This document shows positions 9,704 to 20,365 of a DNA stretch of 64,000 bases, in pieces. The notes below the pieces were generated by a model. It did not search any database. It worked only from the letters and a program-made list of their open reading frames with translations, and had not been told where the DNA came from. The translations under genes were made by a program, and so were the position numbers. Within the stretch, counting starts at the first letter, position 1. Each line of letters begins with the position of its first letter. This DNA comes from Alphaproteobacteria bacterium (GTDB taxonomy: Bacteria > Pseudomonadota > Alphaproteobacteria > SP197), in contig OZ219918.1 in the NCBI GenBank assembly GCA_964291415.2, forward strand, positions 256,001-320,000, in the 5' to 3' direction.

Positions 9704-10635
9704 CAGGCGGGGCGCCGGAACGGTTCGCCCAGGGTTCTTGCGAATTGCTCGAAGTAGGTCGAGGTCACCGGTTCCTCGCCGCGCGCCGCGATGATTGCCT
9801 GGTGAAGTGCGGCAAGGCGGTGAAAGGGAACGCCTGGGTAGGTGTGGTGGGCCGTATGGTAGACCATCTGCCACGCCAGCCAGCGCATGAGAGGATTCGT
9901 GCGTACCGTGCGGGTGTTCGTCCAGGTGTCGCTGGTGAACGGCATGCCGGTGTGCTCGATGATGTTCTGGATCTGGTGTGTGAAGGACATGACCATCATC
10001 GGAGCCAGCCACATCGTGACGGCTGCCCACGAGCCGGTCCATAGGGAGAGCGCGGCGATGAGTGTGTAGCCGGCGAGATGCCAGCGAGCCTCGGCGACGA
10101 CGCGGCGCTCCATCTGCTCATCGAGGTAGTACTCGAATCGAGGCTGCTTGCGCCCGGTCACGGCGTGGCCAATGAGATTGGCGACGAGGCCCCGCCAGAA
10201 CGAGAGTCCGCTGAGACTGAACCAGCCTGCGAAGCGCCCGGAGTTCTCGAAGACGAGTTCCGAATCCCGTTCAGGGTCCTGGGTATGGCGATGGTGACAC
10301 AGGTGCTGCCAGCGATCGTGGTCGCGCGGATAGATCAGGATGAATCCGGTTATGCGGCCAAGCCACTCGTTCATCCACCGGCGGCGGAAGACCGTGTCAT
10401 GGCTCGCCTCGTGCTGAGCCGCGTAGAGCCAGTTGACGAGCATGCCGTGCACGGCGAAGAGGGGCACGCCCCACCAGCTTCCCCAGGTCAGCCACAGTCC
10501 GGTTCCGGTACAGGCGATCGCCGCGAGATGGCTTGCCAGCTGGAGGCCGCCCGCCATGTCGGACTTCTTCATGAGGCCGCGCAACAGGCCGGGGTCGACC
10601 CGCGCCTTGCCCGGTGCGGCAAAGTCCTCGTTCAA
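9703..10635 (-). CDS. fatty acid desaturase-like membrane di-iron enzyme (MocD-like)
   Basis: His boxes HEASH, HLCHHRHT, IEHTG, YHTAHH; transmembrane segments; TTG start uncertain. Confidence 0.85.
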   Translation of the reverse strand: MNEDFAAPGKARVDPGLLRGLMKKSDMAGGLQLASHLAAIACTGTGLWLTWGSWWGVPLFAVHGMLVNWLYAAQHEASHDTVFRRRWMNEWLGRITGFILIYPRDHDRWQHLCHHRHTQDPERDSELVFENSGRFAGWFSLSGLSFWRGLVANLIGHAVTGRKQPRFEYYLDEQMERRVVAEARWHLAGYTLIAALSLWTGSWAAVTMWLAPMMVMSFTHQIQNIIEHTGMPFTSDTWTNTRTVRTNPLMRWLAWQMVYHTAHHTYPGVPFHRLAALHQAIIAARGEEPVTSTYFEQFARTLGEPFRRPA

Positions 10636-10715
10636 CGATGCCTCCCCGTGATCTGCCCGGTTTCCTGTTTCATTGTCCCATCATGGCAAGAGGAAGGCGA
10701 GGGTCCGAAGATCCG

Positions 10716-11048
10716 TCAGCGCAGGCGCCAGACGAGAAGCGCGGCAAACATGGCGACCGCAACGGGCCAGTGCCAGAAGGCCAGGCCTCCCTCGAGGCAG
10801 GCCAGCGCCAGCACGGAACTGATCGGGAGAAAGAAGCATCCGGCCGGAGTGGCCCAGATGAGCAGCCAGTCGTTGGTGAACTCCAGCAGGAAGCGGATGA
10901 CGCCGGGCGCTCTCCCTGGCACCGGCACCCTGGGATTGAGAAACAGGAACCAGATGCTGACGGCCATGACGCCGAGAGACATCAGGAAGAGTTGCAGCCG
11001 GTCGCCCTCCATGCCGGCGACGGAAATGACATCACCCGTGAAGAACAT
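10716..11048 (-). CDS. small hypothetical membrane protein
   Basis: 110-aa ORF with three hydrophobic segments, abutting the upstream SDR stop. Confidence 0.5.
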   Translation of the reverse strand: MFFTGDVISVAGMEGDRLQLFLMSLGVMAVSIWFLFLNPRVPVPGRAPGVIRFLLEFTNDWLLIWATPAGCFFLPISSVLALACLEGGLAFWHWPVAVAMFAALLVWRLR

Positions 11049-11870
11049 TCACGCACCCACCGGTTCGCCGGTGCCCGTACCTGACATCATGCCGGCACCG
11101 GCCTTCTCCAGCATCGTCATGGAGGGATAGTCGAGGATCATCAGGCCGCCGTCGACGATGAGTGTCTGCCCGGTGACGAAACTCGCTTCGTCGCTGGCAA
11201 GAAAGAGGACCGCCGCGGCGATCTCGGCCGGGGTGCCCATGCGTCCCAGGGCCGACGGCGGGAGAAACCACCCGTCCCCGCCCGAAGGCGGTTCCTCGGC
11301 GTCTCGTTCGGTGGTGATCCAGCCGGGTGAGACACCATTGCAGCGTACGCCGAGGCGCGCTCCTTCCGCCGCGAAGCTCCGCACCAGCGCCTCCACGCCG
11401 GCCTTTGCAATCCCGTAGGTCCCCCAGTTGCCATGCCAGGTCGCCGTCGAACTGATGCACACGATACTGCCGCGCCGGCGAGCCAGATGCGGCAGCGCGT
11501 GCGAGCTGACGAACCAGGGAGCATCGAGGTTGGGACCACGCAGTTTCTGCCAGCGCACTCCCGGTGGATCGTCGTCCCCGACTCCGGCGCGCCGGCCGCC
11601 GACCCCGGCGTTGTTGACGACAACATCGATGCCGCCGAACCGATCCACCACGCCCGCAACCATGGCGGCGCTGGCGTCTTCCGAGGAGAGTTCGCAAGGC
11701 CAGAATTCGGCTTCGGCGCCCGCCGCCTCAAGCTCGCCCAGCACGCGCTTTCCCCTTTTCTCGTTGCGCCCGACAATGGCGATTCGTGCCCCCTCGGCAG
11801 CGAATCTCTTCGCGATTCCCCGGCCGATTCCCGAGTTGCCTCCGGTGATCAGTGCCACCTTGTCTTTCAT
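11049..11870 (-). CDS. SDR family oxidoreductase
   Basis: TGGNSGIG, NNAG, YGIAK, TGQTLIVDGG; start MKDKV at 11870. Confidence 0.92.
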   Translation of the reverse strand: MKDKVALITGGNSGIGRGIAKRFAAEGARIAIVGRNEKRGKRVLGELEAAGAEAEFWPCELSSEDASAAMVAGVVDRFGGIDVVVNNAGVGGRRAGVGDDDPPGVRWQKLRGPNLDAPWFVSSHALPHLARRRGSIVCISSTATWHGNWGTYGIAKAGVEALVRSFAAEGARLGVRCNGVSPGWITTERDAEEPPSGGDGWFLPPSALGRMGTPAEIAAAVLFLASDEASFVTGQTLIVDGGLMILDYPSMTMLEKAGAGMMSGTGTGEPVGA

Positions 11871-11884
11871 GTGTCGTACCCCCT

Positions 11885-13255
11885 TCACGTGTTGAGGACG
11901 GCGATGTCCATCGGTGCGGCCACTCCCTCGACATCGCACGCGGCGACAACCTCCAGTGAATGTCCGGTCAACCCCTGTTGCTGCGCCAGATCAAGGGCGG
12001 CACGGGTCGCAACGAGTGACGAACCCTCAACCTTGCAGTGCTTTTCGAGCTTGGCGGCAAGATTGACCGCTTCGCCGATCACCGTGTACTCGAGCCGGGT
12101 TTCGTCACCGACGGTGCCAAAGATCACGGTCCCTGTGGCAAGGCCCATGCCCCACGCCAGGAGGCGCTGATCGCGCGATTGTCGGCGCTGGTTCCAGGCA
12201 TTCATCTGGTGATCGATGTCGAGCGCCGCCACGATGGCATCAGCCGCGAAGTTCTCGCTCGGCGCCGTGGCGCCAAAGGTGATCATCACGCCATCGCCCA
12301 TAAACTTGTCGATGGTGCCGCCATGTTTGCGGGCCGTCGACACGACGAGATGCTGGTAGCGCGACAGCATGGAAAGCGTCTGGCCCGGGCCGACACGGCC
12401 GGACAGCGCGGTGAATCCCCGCAGGTCCACGAACAGGATCGCGGCATCCCGCAGGACACCTTCTCCGGCTGCCACCACATCCTCGGAGTGGGTGATTCGG
12501 TCGGCGACTTCCGGAGCGAAGAAGCGGGTGAGATCCTTCGCCGCCTCGCTGACCGCCACCGAGCGGATGAGCTGCTTGTGCGCCCGGGTGAGCGCGATGA
12601 CGAGAATGCCGGTGACGAGGAGGAAGGTCAGAATCTTGTCGACCTCGCCGCCGATCAGGATATCGCTGGTGTAGAGGTAGTGGACGTAGTCGCGCGTGAC
12701 CTCGCTGGGAACCGGCGCCACGTAGAGCGCATAGAAGAGCAGCGCCAGCCATCCGACAATGGCCGTGGCGCCCGCCATCAGGACGTAGCGCGGATCAAAG
12801 CGCAGGGTGCGCAGCGCGATCAGAACGAAGAGATAGAGCATGGTCGGCACCTGCAGGGAGAAGCCCGGGGGCTGGGCGTACTGCAGGTGGAAACTCCAGA
12901 TCGTCACCAGCAGGACGGCGATGTCGACCACGATCGACATGACGATCATCCAGTTGGGCAGGCGCCTGGCATGAGCAAGGAAGAGGCGTGTCACCGTGAA
13001 CAGGAAATAAGTGCCGAGCGCCCAGGGCACCGGCTCGAGCATGGTGTCTTCGGGGAATGTCTTGGGCGAGATCGTGTAAAGCACGGCGAAGAGGATGATG
13101 CCGATCATCTGGACCCAACCGATCAGCACCTCGCTGTCGGCCTGGTCGCGGGCTATCTGGTTCCTGACACGCTCGGGCAGGTGGCCTTCCACCGGTTCGC
13201 CGAAGAGCAGGGTCCGAAGCCTGGCGGCAGTGGCCTTCATGACCGGGTCATCCAC
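11885..13255 (-). CDS. membrane-bound class III adenylate/guanylate cyclase
   Basis: ~6 TM N-terminus; FVDLRGFT, DKFMGDGVM, EYTVIGEAVNLAAKLE; true start may be MKAT at 13240. Confidence 0.9.
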   Translation of the reverse strand: MDDPVMKATAARLRTLLFGEPVEGHLPERVRNQIARDQADSEVLIGWVQMIGIILFAVLYTISPKTFPEDTMLEPVPWALGTYFLFTVTRLFLAHARRLPNWMIVMSIVVDIAVLLVTIWSFHLQYAQPPGFSLQVPTMLYLFVLIALRTLRFDPRYVLMAGATAIVGWLALLFYALYVAPVPSEVTRDYVHYLYTSDILIGGEVDKILTFLLVTGILVIALTRAHKQLIRSVAVSEAAKDLTRFFAPEVADRITHSEDVVAAGEGVLRDAAILFVDLRGFTALSGRVGPGQTLSMLSRYQHLVVSTARKHGGTIDKFMGDGVMITFGATAPSENFAADAIVAALDIDHQMNAWNQRRQSRDQRLLAWGMGLATGTVIFGTVGDETRLEYTVIGEAVNLAAKLEKHCKVEGSSLVATRAALDLAQQQGLTGHSLEVVAACDVEGVAAPMDIAVLNT

Positions 13256-14073
13256 AGGCTGGTCTCGAGAGCGCCCGTCGCAAGCGGGATGTCTCCCAGA
13301 ACACCCGAAGAGAGGCGCTCCGGATGCCGCCGGGTCATGTAGTGGCTGGCAAAGAGCGGCGTCCAGGATCCTCCGGTCAGCATGGGCGCCACCACGAGTT
13401 GCTCATTGTAGGCGCGCCAGTCCCAGGCGCGCGGGTAGTCGAAGGGCAGAAAGATGTCGTGGACATGGACGATGACCCCAACGGGGAGGTCGGGCACGAT
13501 CCGGTTGAAGATTTCGTCCACGTCGCTTCCCGGCATGGCGACATGGCTTGAGTCGATGAACAGCATATCGCCCTTTCCCAGATCTTCCACGACAGCGGGA
13601 TCGGCGTCGTGAAGCATGGATTTCATCCACGTGACGCCTTGGGCGGGAAGGGGGGCCCGCGGTTCGGGGTCGATGGCGACAAGGCGGGTGTTCAGGGCGC
13701 CGTCGGCAATGGCGCGGGCCATGAAACGGGTGCTGTGTCCAGAACCGATTTCGACGATGCGCGAGGGCTTCCGCATACGCACCATGGCATAGAGAACGGC
13801 AGCGTCCAGCCGCGGAAACCAGTCCTGGCTCCAGCGCGCTCCGGGAGCCGGATTGTCATGACCGATGGCCTTCAGGTCATCACGGAACTGCTCGAGCCCG
13901 GTGACGATGTCGCAGAAGGAATCGACATGTGAGGCGAACAGCCGGTCGACCGCCTGATAGCCCGCGATGGCGGGGAAGTTGCCGGCATGACGGCACGGAA
14001 TGAAGTACCCCTGACGGTCCAGTCCCGTCACCGTCGCAAGCGCCATTCCCAGGCGCCGGGCATAGCCGGTCAA
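13237..14073 (-). CDS. class I SAM-dependent methyltransferase (Methyltransf_24-like)
   Basis: IVEIGSGHST, LFIDSSH, HVHDIFLPFDYP, YNEQ. Confidence 0.85.
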   Translation of the reverse strand: MTGYARRLGMALATVTGLDRQGYFIPCRHAGNFPAIAGYQAVDRLFASHVDSFCDIVTGLEQFRDDLKAIGHDNPAPGARWSQDWFPRLDAAVLYAMVRMRKPSRIVEIGSGHSTRFMARAIADGALNTRLVAIDPEPRAPLPAQGVTWMKSMLHDADPAVVEDLGKGDMLFIDSSHVAMPGSDVDEIFNRIVPDLPVGVIVHVHDIFLPFDYPRAWDWRAYNEQLVVAPMLTGGSWTPLFASHYMTRRHPERLSSGVLGDIPLATGALETSLWMTRS

Positions 14074-14900
14074 GGGATGAGCACCAGACCTTCGCGCGCA
14101 ACGACGGACCCGGGGCGCCGCTGCTCGATCTCGGCGGCGATCGCATCCATGCGGTCATCGTCGTGCGAGGGGTCATGGTGAAAGGCAACGAAGGTTTTCA
14201 CCGAGGCGGCATCGGCGAGTCGCACGCCTTCCTGCCATGTCGAGTGACCCCAGTTCACGAAGGCCGGAAACTCCTCGTCGGTGTAGGATGAATCGTAAAT
14301 CATCAGATCACACCCGGCGATGAGGTCGAGGATGTTGCGGTCCGGCGCCCCCACCACATGCTCGGTGTCGGTCACGTAGCACAGCGCCCTGCCATCATGT
14401 TCGACGCGGTAGCCGCAGGCGCCGTTGGGATGGTTGAGGGGCGCGGTGGCGATCTTCAGTCCCGCGTGGGGTGCGAGGACGTCACCGGCGCGGAAGGTCT
14501 TCCACGTGATGGTGGCGCGAAGCGAGTCCGCGGTCACCGGCGTTTGCGGATCTTCCAGGAAGTGACGCACCACGTTCTCGAGAACCCGGGGCGATTCGAT
14601 GTGGCCGGCCCACACCGTCAGGCGTGTTTCGGGGTGATTGAGAGCGTTGAAGAGGGCCACGCCACAGACATGGTCGAGGTGGGTGTGCGTGAGGAAGAGA
14701 TCCGCATCGACCGGTCCCTCGCCAAGAGAATCGGACAGGGACCCGAGCCCGGTTCCGGCATCGAAGATGAGGAGCCTGTTGGCGCAGCGGACCTCGAGGC
14801 AGGACGTGTTGCCGCCATAGCGCCGGGTTCCGGGATCGCTGCAGGCGATGCTGCCGCGCACTCCACGGAACCTGACCATGAACTCAAGTGCCGATGGCAT
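14070..14900 (-). CDS. MBL-fold metallo-hydrolase
   Basis: GVRGS, YGGNTSC, FDAGTG, THTHLDH, TDTEH, GHS, FHHDP. Confidence 0.9.
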   Translation of the reverse strand: MPSALEFMVRFRGVRGSIACSDPGTRRYGGNTSCLEVRCANRLLIFDAGTGLGSLSDSLGEGPVDADLFLTHTHLDHVCGVALFNALNHPETRLTVWAGHIESPRVLENVVRHFLEDPQTPVTADSLRATITWKTFRAGDVLAPHAGLKIATAPLNHPNGACGYRVEHDGRALCYVTDTEHVVGAPDRNILDLIAGCDLMIYDSSYTDEEFPAFVNWGHSTWQEGVRLADAASVKTFVAFHHDPSHDDDRMDAIAAEIEQRRPGSVVAREGLVLIP

Positions 14901-14990
14901 GGCTGCCTCACGTTGGTATGGACGGTCGTTTCATGGTTCCTGCCAAGGGTATATGGTCGCGGTCCCCTTGACCACGCCGGGAGACATGGG

Positions 14991-15548
14991 ATGTCCGGGA
15001 ACCGGGAGACAGTCCTGCGGCTGATCCGCGAGCTCGCCGTGATGAACGGAGGCGATTTTGAACTTGCGTCCGGCGAGCGGTCTGCCCTCTACATCGATCT
15101 TCGCCGGGTGACGATGCATCCTCTCGGGGCCAGCGCCATAGGACACATGATCAACGACCGTCTGGCCGATGCCGGTGTCGATTCCGTGGGAGGCATGGCG
15201 ACGGCTGCCATACCCGTCGTCGCGGCGGTGGTCTGCGAGAGCCAGCGGCGGAACGTTCCCGTCAGGGGTTTCTACGTGCGCGACAAGGCGAAGACCCGCG
15301 GTACGCAACGTCGAATCGAAGGTCTTCTCGAGGAAGGAGACAGGGTTGCCCTCCTCGAGGACACGATGACGACGGGACAGTCGACCATGGCCGCCGTCGA
15401 GGCGGTTCGCGAGGCAGGAGCAACGGTGGTGCGCGTGATCACGGTGGTCGACCGTCTCAGGGGCGGCGCGGAGCTGTTTGCGCAATCGGGCATTTCATTC
15501 GAGGCTCTTTTCACGCTTGACGGGATTACAGGCGACGGGCGTCCATGA
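14991..15548 (+). CDS. pyrE: orotate phosphoribosyltransferase
   Basis: FELASG..S.LYIDLR, VRDKAK..GT..RIEG, PRPP-binding LLEDTMTTGQS, VVDR. Confidence 0.92.
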   Translation: MSGNRETVLRLIRELAVMNGGDFELASGERSALYIDLRRVTMHPLGASAIGHMINDRLADAGVDSVGGMATAAIPVVAAVVCESQRRNVPVRGFYVRDKAKTRGTQRRIEGLLEEGDRVALLEDTMTTGQSTMAAVEAVREAGATVVRVITVVDRLRGGAELFAQSGISFEALFTLDGITGDGRP

Positions 15549-16726
15549 GTTCCCCCCGGAGAAGTGACTGGGGAGGTATCTGGCTCGGTCTGGCGGTGTC
15601 CAGTTTCGCGGCATTCCAGATGCTGAAACTGCCTCCGTCGCTGCCCCTGTTCATCGAGGCCTACGGCTACGGACGCGTCATCGCCGGCGCTCTCGTCTCG
15701 GTCTATGCCCTTGCCGGGATCTTCTTTTCGTTGACCGCCGGCACCCTGACCGGGCGGCATCCGATTCACGTGCTTGCAGGATCGCTCGCCTGTTTCTTCC
15801 TAGGCAATGCGGTCACCCTCATCTTTCCCGAGGTTGCCTGGCTCAATCTCGCGGCGCGCACGATCGAGGGTCTCGCCTACACCGTGTTCGCCATCGCCGG
15901 CGCCGCCATCGCCAACCGTTCGGCCGCGCCGGCGGACCTTTCCCTGGTGGCTGGCATCGTCGCTGTCTGGGTGCCGGTCGGCCAGATTCTGGCTCTTGTG
16001 ACCGGTTACCTCTTCTTCGATTCCCTGGGCTGGCAACCGCTGTGGTGGTTGTCGCTTTTCCTCACCCTCGCCCTCGCCCTGTGGCTCCTTTACCGTCGGG
16101 CCGGCGTGGAAAGGGCTCTTCGCGTCGAGGTTCAGGACAAGGGAGCAGGCCAGCTTCGCCAGCGGTTCTCCCTGTGGCTGGCGGCAGGCGTCTTTGCCGC
16201 CTGGGCCGGCCAGTACCTCGCCTTCATGACCTGGCTGCCCGACTACGTGGTCGGCCAGTTCCAGGTGGGCGCCGACGAGGCGGCCGCCATCAATGCGGTG
16301 TCCGTGGCAGGCGTTCTGGTGAGCTGCCTGGCGACCGGATGGCTGTTGCGCAAGGGGGTATCCTTCGGACTCCTCTTCACCGGGGCCACCCTGATCCAGG
16401 CCGTTGTCTGGATTGCCGGTCCCTACCTCGACAGCCTCGCCGGGCTCATCGCCATCACCGCCTACGGCATCGTGGCCGGAGCGCCACCCACGTGCATGTT
16501 CGCGGTTCCTGCGCGTCTCTTTGGCGGGGAACGTGCCGGTCCTTCGGCGTTTGCGCCCATGATGACCGGGCGCAGCCTGGGCGTTCTGCTGGCCCCCGTC
16601 GTGGCCGGTGGCCTTGTTGACAGCGAAGGCTGGACTGTCTTCGCCTGGTCCTATGGACTCCTCACCTTCGCTGCGGCTGCCGCCGGTGGCCTGATGGCCG
16701 TTCATGTGACGCGACGAGGCAGATAG
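15545..16726 (+). CDS. MFS transporter
   Basis: ~12 hydrophobic segments, ARTIEG motif; overlaps pyrE stop. Confidence 0.82.
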   Translation: MSSPRRSDWGGIWLGLAVSSFAAFQMLKLPPSLPLFIEAYGYGRVIAGALVSVYALAGIFFSLTAGTLTGRHPIHVLAGSLACFFLGNAVTLIFPEVAWLNLAARTIEGLAYTVFAIAGAAIANRSAAPADLSLVAGIVAVWVPVGQILALVTGYLFFDSLGWQPLWWLSLFLTLALALWLLYRRAGVERALRVEVQDKGAGQLRQRFSLWLAAGVFAAWAGQYLAFMTWLPDYVVGQFQVGADEAAAINAVSVAGVLVSCLATGWLLRKGVSFGLLFTGATLIQAVVWIAGPYLDSLAGLIAITAYGIVAGAPPTCMFAVPARLFGGERAGPSAFAPMMTGRSLGVLLAPVVAGGLVDSEGWTVFAWSYGLLTFAAAAAGGLMAVHVTRRGR

Positions 16727-16731
16727 AACGC

Positions 16732-17388
16732 TCAGGTCTTCAGGCGATAGCCGCCTGGCACGTTGAGGAGAATTCGGGCACGTGACCGGTCCTCCCCGAG
16801 TTTGCGGCGCAGCCGCCAGATATGGGTCTCAAGGGTGTGGGTCCTGATACGCGTGTCGTGTCCCCAGACTCTCTCGAGAAGGGCGTTGCGACCGACCGGA
16901 ACATCCCCGGCGAGGAGAAGTTCGATGAGAATGAGCGACTCCTTCTCGGTGAGGCGGTTCGACGTGCCGCTTGCCCGGTGCTCCAGTGCACGGGATTCGG
17001 GATGGAAGGTGAAGGGTCCGACCTCCACCGGCGCCGGCAGGGCGAGTGCCGGGTGCTCGATCAATTCCCTCACTCTTGCCATCAACGTGCCGAGACGGAA
17101 CGGCTTGGTGATCGCGTTGTTGGAGATTCCAGAACCGATCCTGACGACCAATATGGTTCCTTCCATGCGGGCAAGTGTCTGCCGAAGGGTATCGGCGCGG
17201 TCGTCCGCCAGGTCGTCATCGGCGATGACAGCTGCGAACCGGTCAGTCGCGAGATGATCGAGGGCATCTTTCGACCCCGAACAGACGACCGGTGTCATGC
17301 CGGGAATCACGTTCAGCTGTTCTGCAACGGCTTCGCCAAGGGGGGCGTCGGCCGTCACGACAAGGATCGGTCTGCCTGCTAGGCTCAT
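16732..17388 (-). CDS. OmpR-family response regulator (atypical receiver)
   Basis: ITKPF, winged helix LTEKES..LLERVWG...THTLETHIWRLRRKL...GGYRL. Confidence 0.85.
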   Translation of the reverse strand: MSLAGRPILVVTADAPLGEAVAEQLNVIPGMTPVVCSGSKDALDHLATDRFAAVIADDDLADDRADTLRQTLARMEGTILVVRIGSGISNNAITKPFRLGTLMARVRELIEHPALALPAPVEVGPFTFHPESRALEHRASGTSNRLTEKESLILIELLLAGDVPVGRNALLERVWGHDTRIRTHTLETHIWRLRRKLGEDRSRARILLNVPGGYRLKT

Positions 17389-17414
17389 GGCGCTGCCACA
17401 GGGACATTGCCGGC

Positions 17415-17918
17415 GTGACTGATATCGTGGTGCACGGGAAGGGAAGCGCGCGCTTTGGCGCCTGCGAGTTTCGCTGTGCGCTCGGTTCTGCCGGTATCGT
17501 CGATCGAAAGGTGGAGGGGGACGGCGGCACTCCGGCCGGAGTGTGGCCACTCAGAAGGGTGCTCTTCAGGCCCGACCGGGAGGTGCGGCCCGAGTGTTCG
17601 CTGCCGGTATCGGCGATCACGCCGACGGACGGGTGGTGCGACGACCCCCGGCACGACGACTACAACAGGCCGGTTTCCGTGCCCTTTGCCGGAAGCCACG
17701 AAGTCATGTGGCGCCGTGACCATCTCTACGACCTCGTCATCATCGTCGGATTCAACGACGATCCGCCGCTTGCGGGCGCCGGCAGCGCCATCTTCGTGCA
17801 CCTGGCATCGGCCGATCGTGCGCCGACCGCCGGATGCGTTGCCTTTGCACGCGAAGACCTCCTGACGATTCTTCCGGGCCTCGACCGGACGAGCGCCCTC
17901 GTCGTGCGTCATTCGTAG
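17415..17918 (+). CDS. L,D-transpeptidase family protein
   Basis: CALG, EGDGGTPAG, GWCDDP..YNR, GSAIFVH, PTAGCVA; GTG start inferred. Confidence 0.85.
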   Translation: MTDIVVHGKGSARFGACEFRCALGSAGIVDRKVEGDGGTPAGVWPLRRVLFRPDREVRPECSLPVSAITPTDGWCDDPRHDDYNRPVSVPFAGSHEVMWRRDHLYDLVIIVGFNDDPPLAGAGSAIFVHLASADRAPTAGCVAFAREDLLTILPGLDRTSALVVRHS

Positions 17919-18262
17919 CCGTGGATTTCCCGCCAGTTGACGGGCTCGACGACGATCACCGCCTTCGCGAATTCGGCGCGGTAGACCATCCAGGTGCCGT
18001 TGGGCAGCCAGATGCCGTCACCGGGTTCAAGATCAAACGTTCCCTCGCGGGTCTCGAGACTGAGCGTGCCCTCGAGGATGTACATGTACTCGTCGTAGAG
18101 AACCGTCCACTCCATGTCGCAGTTCTCGAAGAGGCCGATCGACGCTCCGAACGACTGGCTCTCCTTCGTCGAGACGTCACGCGAGACGGCGATGGTCCCT
18201 GGAGGGCCGCCGATCTGATTGAATACGCGTTCGGATGGCCGGACACGGCGGATGGCTGGCAT
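17909..18262 (-). CDS. EutQ-like cupin domain protein
   Basis: WTVLYDEYMYILEG, PGDGIWLPNG cupin motifs. Confidence 0.8.
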   Translation of the reverse strand: MPAIRRVRPSERVFNQIGGPPGTIAVSRDVSTKESQSFGASIGLFENCDMEWTVLYDEYMYILEGTLSLETREGTFDLEPGDGIWLPNGTWMVYRAEFAKAVIVVEPVNWREIHGYE

Positions 18263-18267
18263 GACGG

Positions 18268-19227
18268 TTACCTCTTCTCTGGAAGGTTCGAAAGGTGCGG
18301 GCCGGTGAACCCCTTCGCCACATCTCCCCCGGCTGCCGGACCGGCCGCCGGCTCGATATCGCCGAGGCGCACAGGCTCGATGGCCTGGCTGCGCAGATCG
18401 ATCTCCCGGCGTGAACGCTGTGGCAGGCCGTCGCGCGGTGGCTCGAGCAGACGATGGGGGTCGTCACCGTTGACGAAGCCGAGATAGGGGCCGCCGAAGT
18501 CGTAGCCGATGAGGCGGGCAAGCCTCTCGTCGTAAGTCCGGGCGACGTCCGGAGGATTGGCCAGGTACTGGTTTTCTTCCTGGCGCAGCCAGCTCCAGCT
18601 GTACTGCAGGGCAAGGCCGGTCCTGACGGCATTGGAACGGTTGGTGCCGCCGCCATGCCAGACACCGCCCGTGTAGAGCAGCACCGAACCGGCCGGCATC
18701 TCGACGGGAACCACCTCGTCTGTCCTCGCAAGGCGATCGTGGTCCCACCGGTGGCTGCCCGGAACGATGCACGTCCCGCCGTTTGCGGCGGTGAAGTCGG
18801 TGAGCGCCCACATGGTGGCGATAACCATGGGAGGAGAGGGGTGGCGCACCGGATAGATGCTGCCGTCACGGTGCAGTCCCTGGGCATCGGCTCCGGGTTC
18901 GAGGTGCATGATGCCGGAAAAGTTGAGCTGCCAGTTGGGCGTGTAGGGCGTGAACATCCTTTCGACGAGATCCATGACGACGGGCGCCAGCACGAGGTCG
19001 CGTGCCGCCGCCGATCGGGCAAGGACGCCGCCGAGCCGCCTTGTGTGGCGTCCCAGGAACTCGTCGTGTCCCAGGGGTGCTGCGGCGATGTGGGGCGCCA
19101 GTTCGCCGAGGGCCCGTTGCGTCGTGTCCGGGGCAAGGCGGCTCACCACCAGATAGCCGTTCTCCTGGAAGAACTCGTGGAGAACATCCCCCGGCGTGGA
19201 GGGTTCGAAATCGGCAAGGGACGTCAT
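18268..19227 (-). CDS. phytanoyl-CoA dioxygenase family (Fe/2OG) protein
   Basis: QGLHRD, MWALTDFTAANGGTCIVPGSH, WHGGG, WLRQEENQY. Confidence 0.9.
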   Translation of the reverse strand: MTSLADFEPSTPGDVLHEFFQENGYLVVSRLAPDTTQRALGELAPHIAAAPLGHDEFLGRHTRRLGGVLARSAAARDLVLAPVVMDLVERMFTPYTPNWQLNFSGIMHLEPGADAQGLHRDGSIYPVRHPSPPMVIATMWALTDFTAANGGTCIVPGSHRWDHDRLARTDEVVPVEMPAGSVLLYTGGVWHGGGTNRSNAVRTGLALQYSWSWLRQEENQYLANPPDVARTYDERLARLIGYDFGGPYLGFVNGDDPHRLLEPPRDGLPQRSRREIDLRSQAIEPVRLGDIEPAAGPAAGGDVAKGFTGPHLSNLPEKR

Positions 19228-20365
19228 GGCGCACCCGTCATCGTGACCACCGGCAACGATCCCGCTCCGCCGCCGCCTGTCGTCACGCCCTGCCGTTTCG
19301 TCGCTTGCGGGCTTGCAACACGGCCGCGTGCCGCCAGGATCGCTTTCCGGCACACAGAATTGTCAATGCGGATGGCGCCCCTAGTCATCGGCCCGGCAAC
19401 GGGGTCCCGTCACCCGCCGGCAGCGCGCGCGTAGCGACCGGGAGTGACAGCGGCGTATCACCTGACCGGGATGTTCCACAGCCATGGCGTGACCCCTCGC
19501 GACTTCGACAACAAGTGTAGGGCATCGGCATGTTGCCATGCCACGACAATCCTTGAAGACGGTATCAGCCGGTGTTGTCTCGTCACCTGTTGCCGCCTGC
19601 CGCGCGGGGACACGGTTCTGTCGAGACGGAGGTTGGCGCCAGCCGACGGATATCGTTGTCGCATCGTACGTGGGACCACGTACCTCCAGGCGATCACCAA
19701 GATCTGCACCCGGAACACGAAGATCCCGGGCACAGTTACTGATGACGTCAGCCGATGAGGCCACCCTGCCCGACGACGGGACGATGCCTTCAAGCCACAA
19801 GCGAAAACCCTGGACGTTCGCGGTCTTGATATCCGGGACCGTGTTGTTCGCCCGCATCGCGTGCCCGTCTGCGACAGCGGCTGAAACCGCGACATTCACA
19901 CCCAGGCGCGCGGCAGCGAGGCGGCGGCTCAAGCCTCCGGGCACCGCCTCGTGAACCCAAACCCGAAGGTCAAGGGAAGGCGCTCTCGACATGTCTGCCG
20001 AACCTCGTTCCCGGCAGACAGTGTGAATCACAAACCAGACGCCTTGTCAGCCGATCCCCGGGCTGACGAAGCCCGCCGCCAGATGAACTTGGGGTCGTCC
20101 GGGACGCTCCAAAAAAAGCGCCCGTTCTCCCCAGTTTTGGGGAAGCGCGAAGGGAAACAGTCCGACTATCGTCTGCGCCACTTTCAGCGGGGCCCTCACG
20201 AATCGATCGCAAGGCCCGCCGCGATCCAGGGGAGGGCCCGGGGTGTGATTTCGAAGATATCGCGGAGCGGAGGGACGCCGGAATCCGGCGCATCGCCTGT
20301 CTCGCCCGTGGTTGCCGTGGTGGAGATTTCGCTCATCACGCATGGGGCTGCCGGGACGTCGTGCG

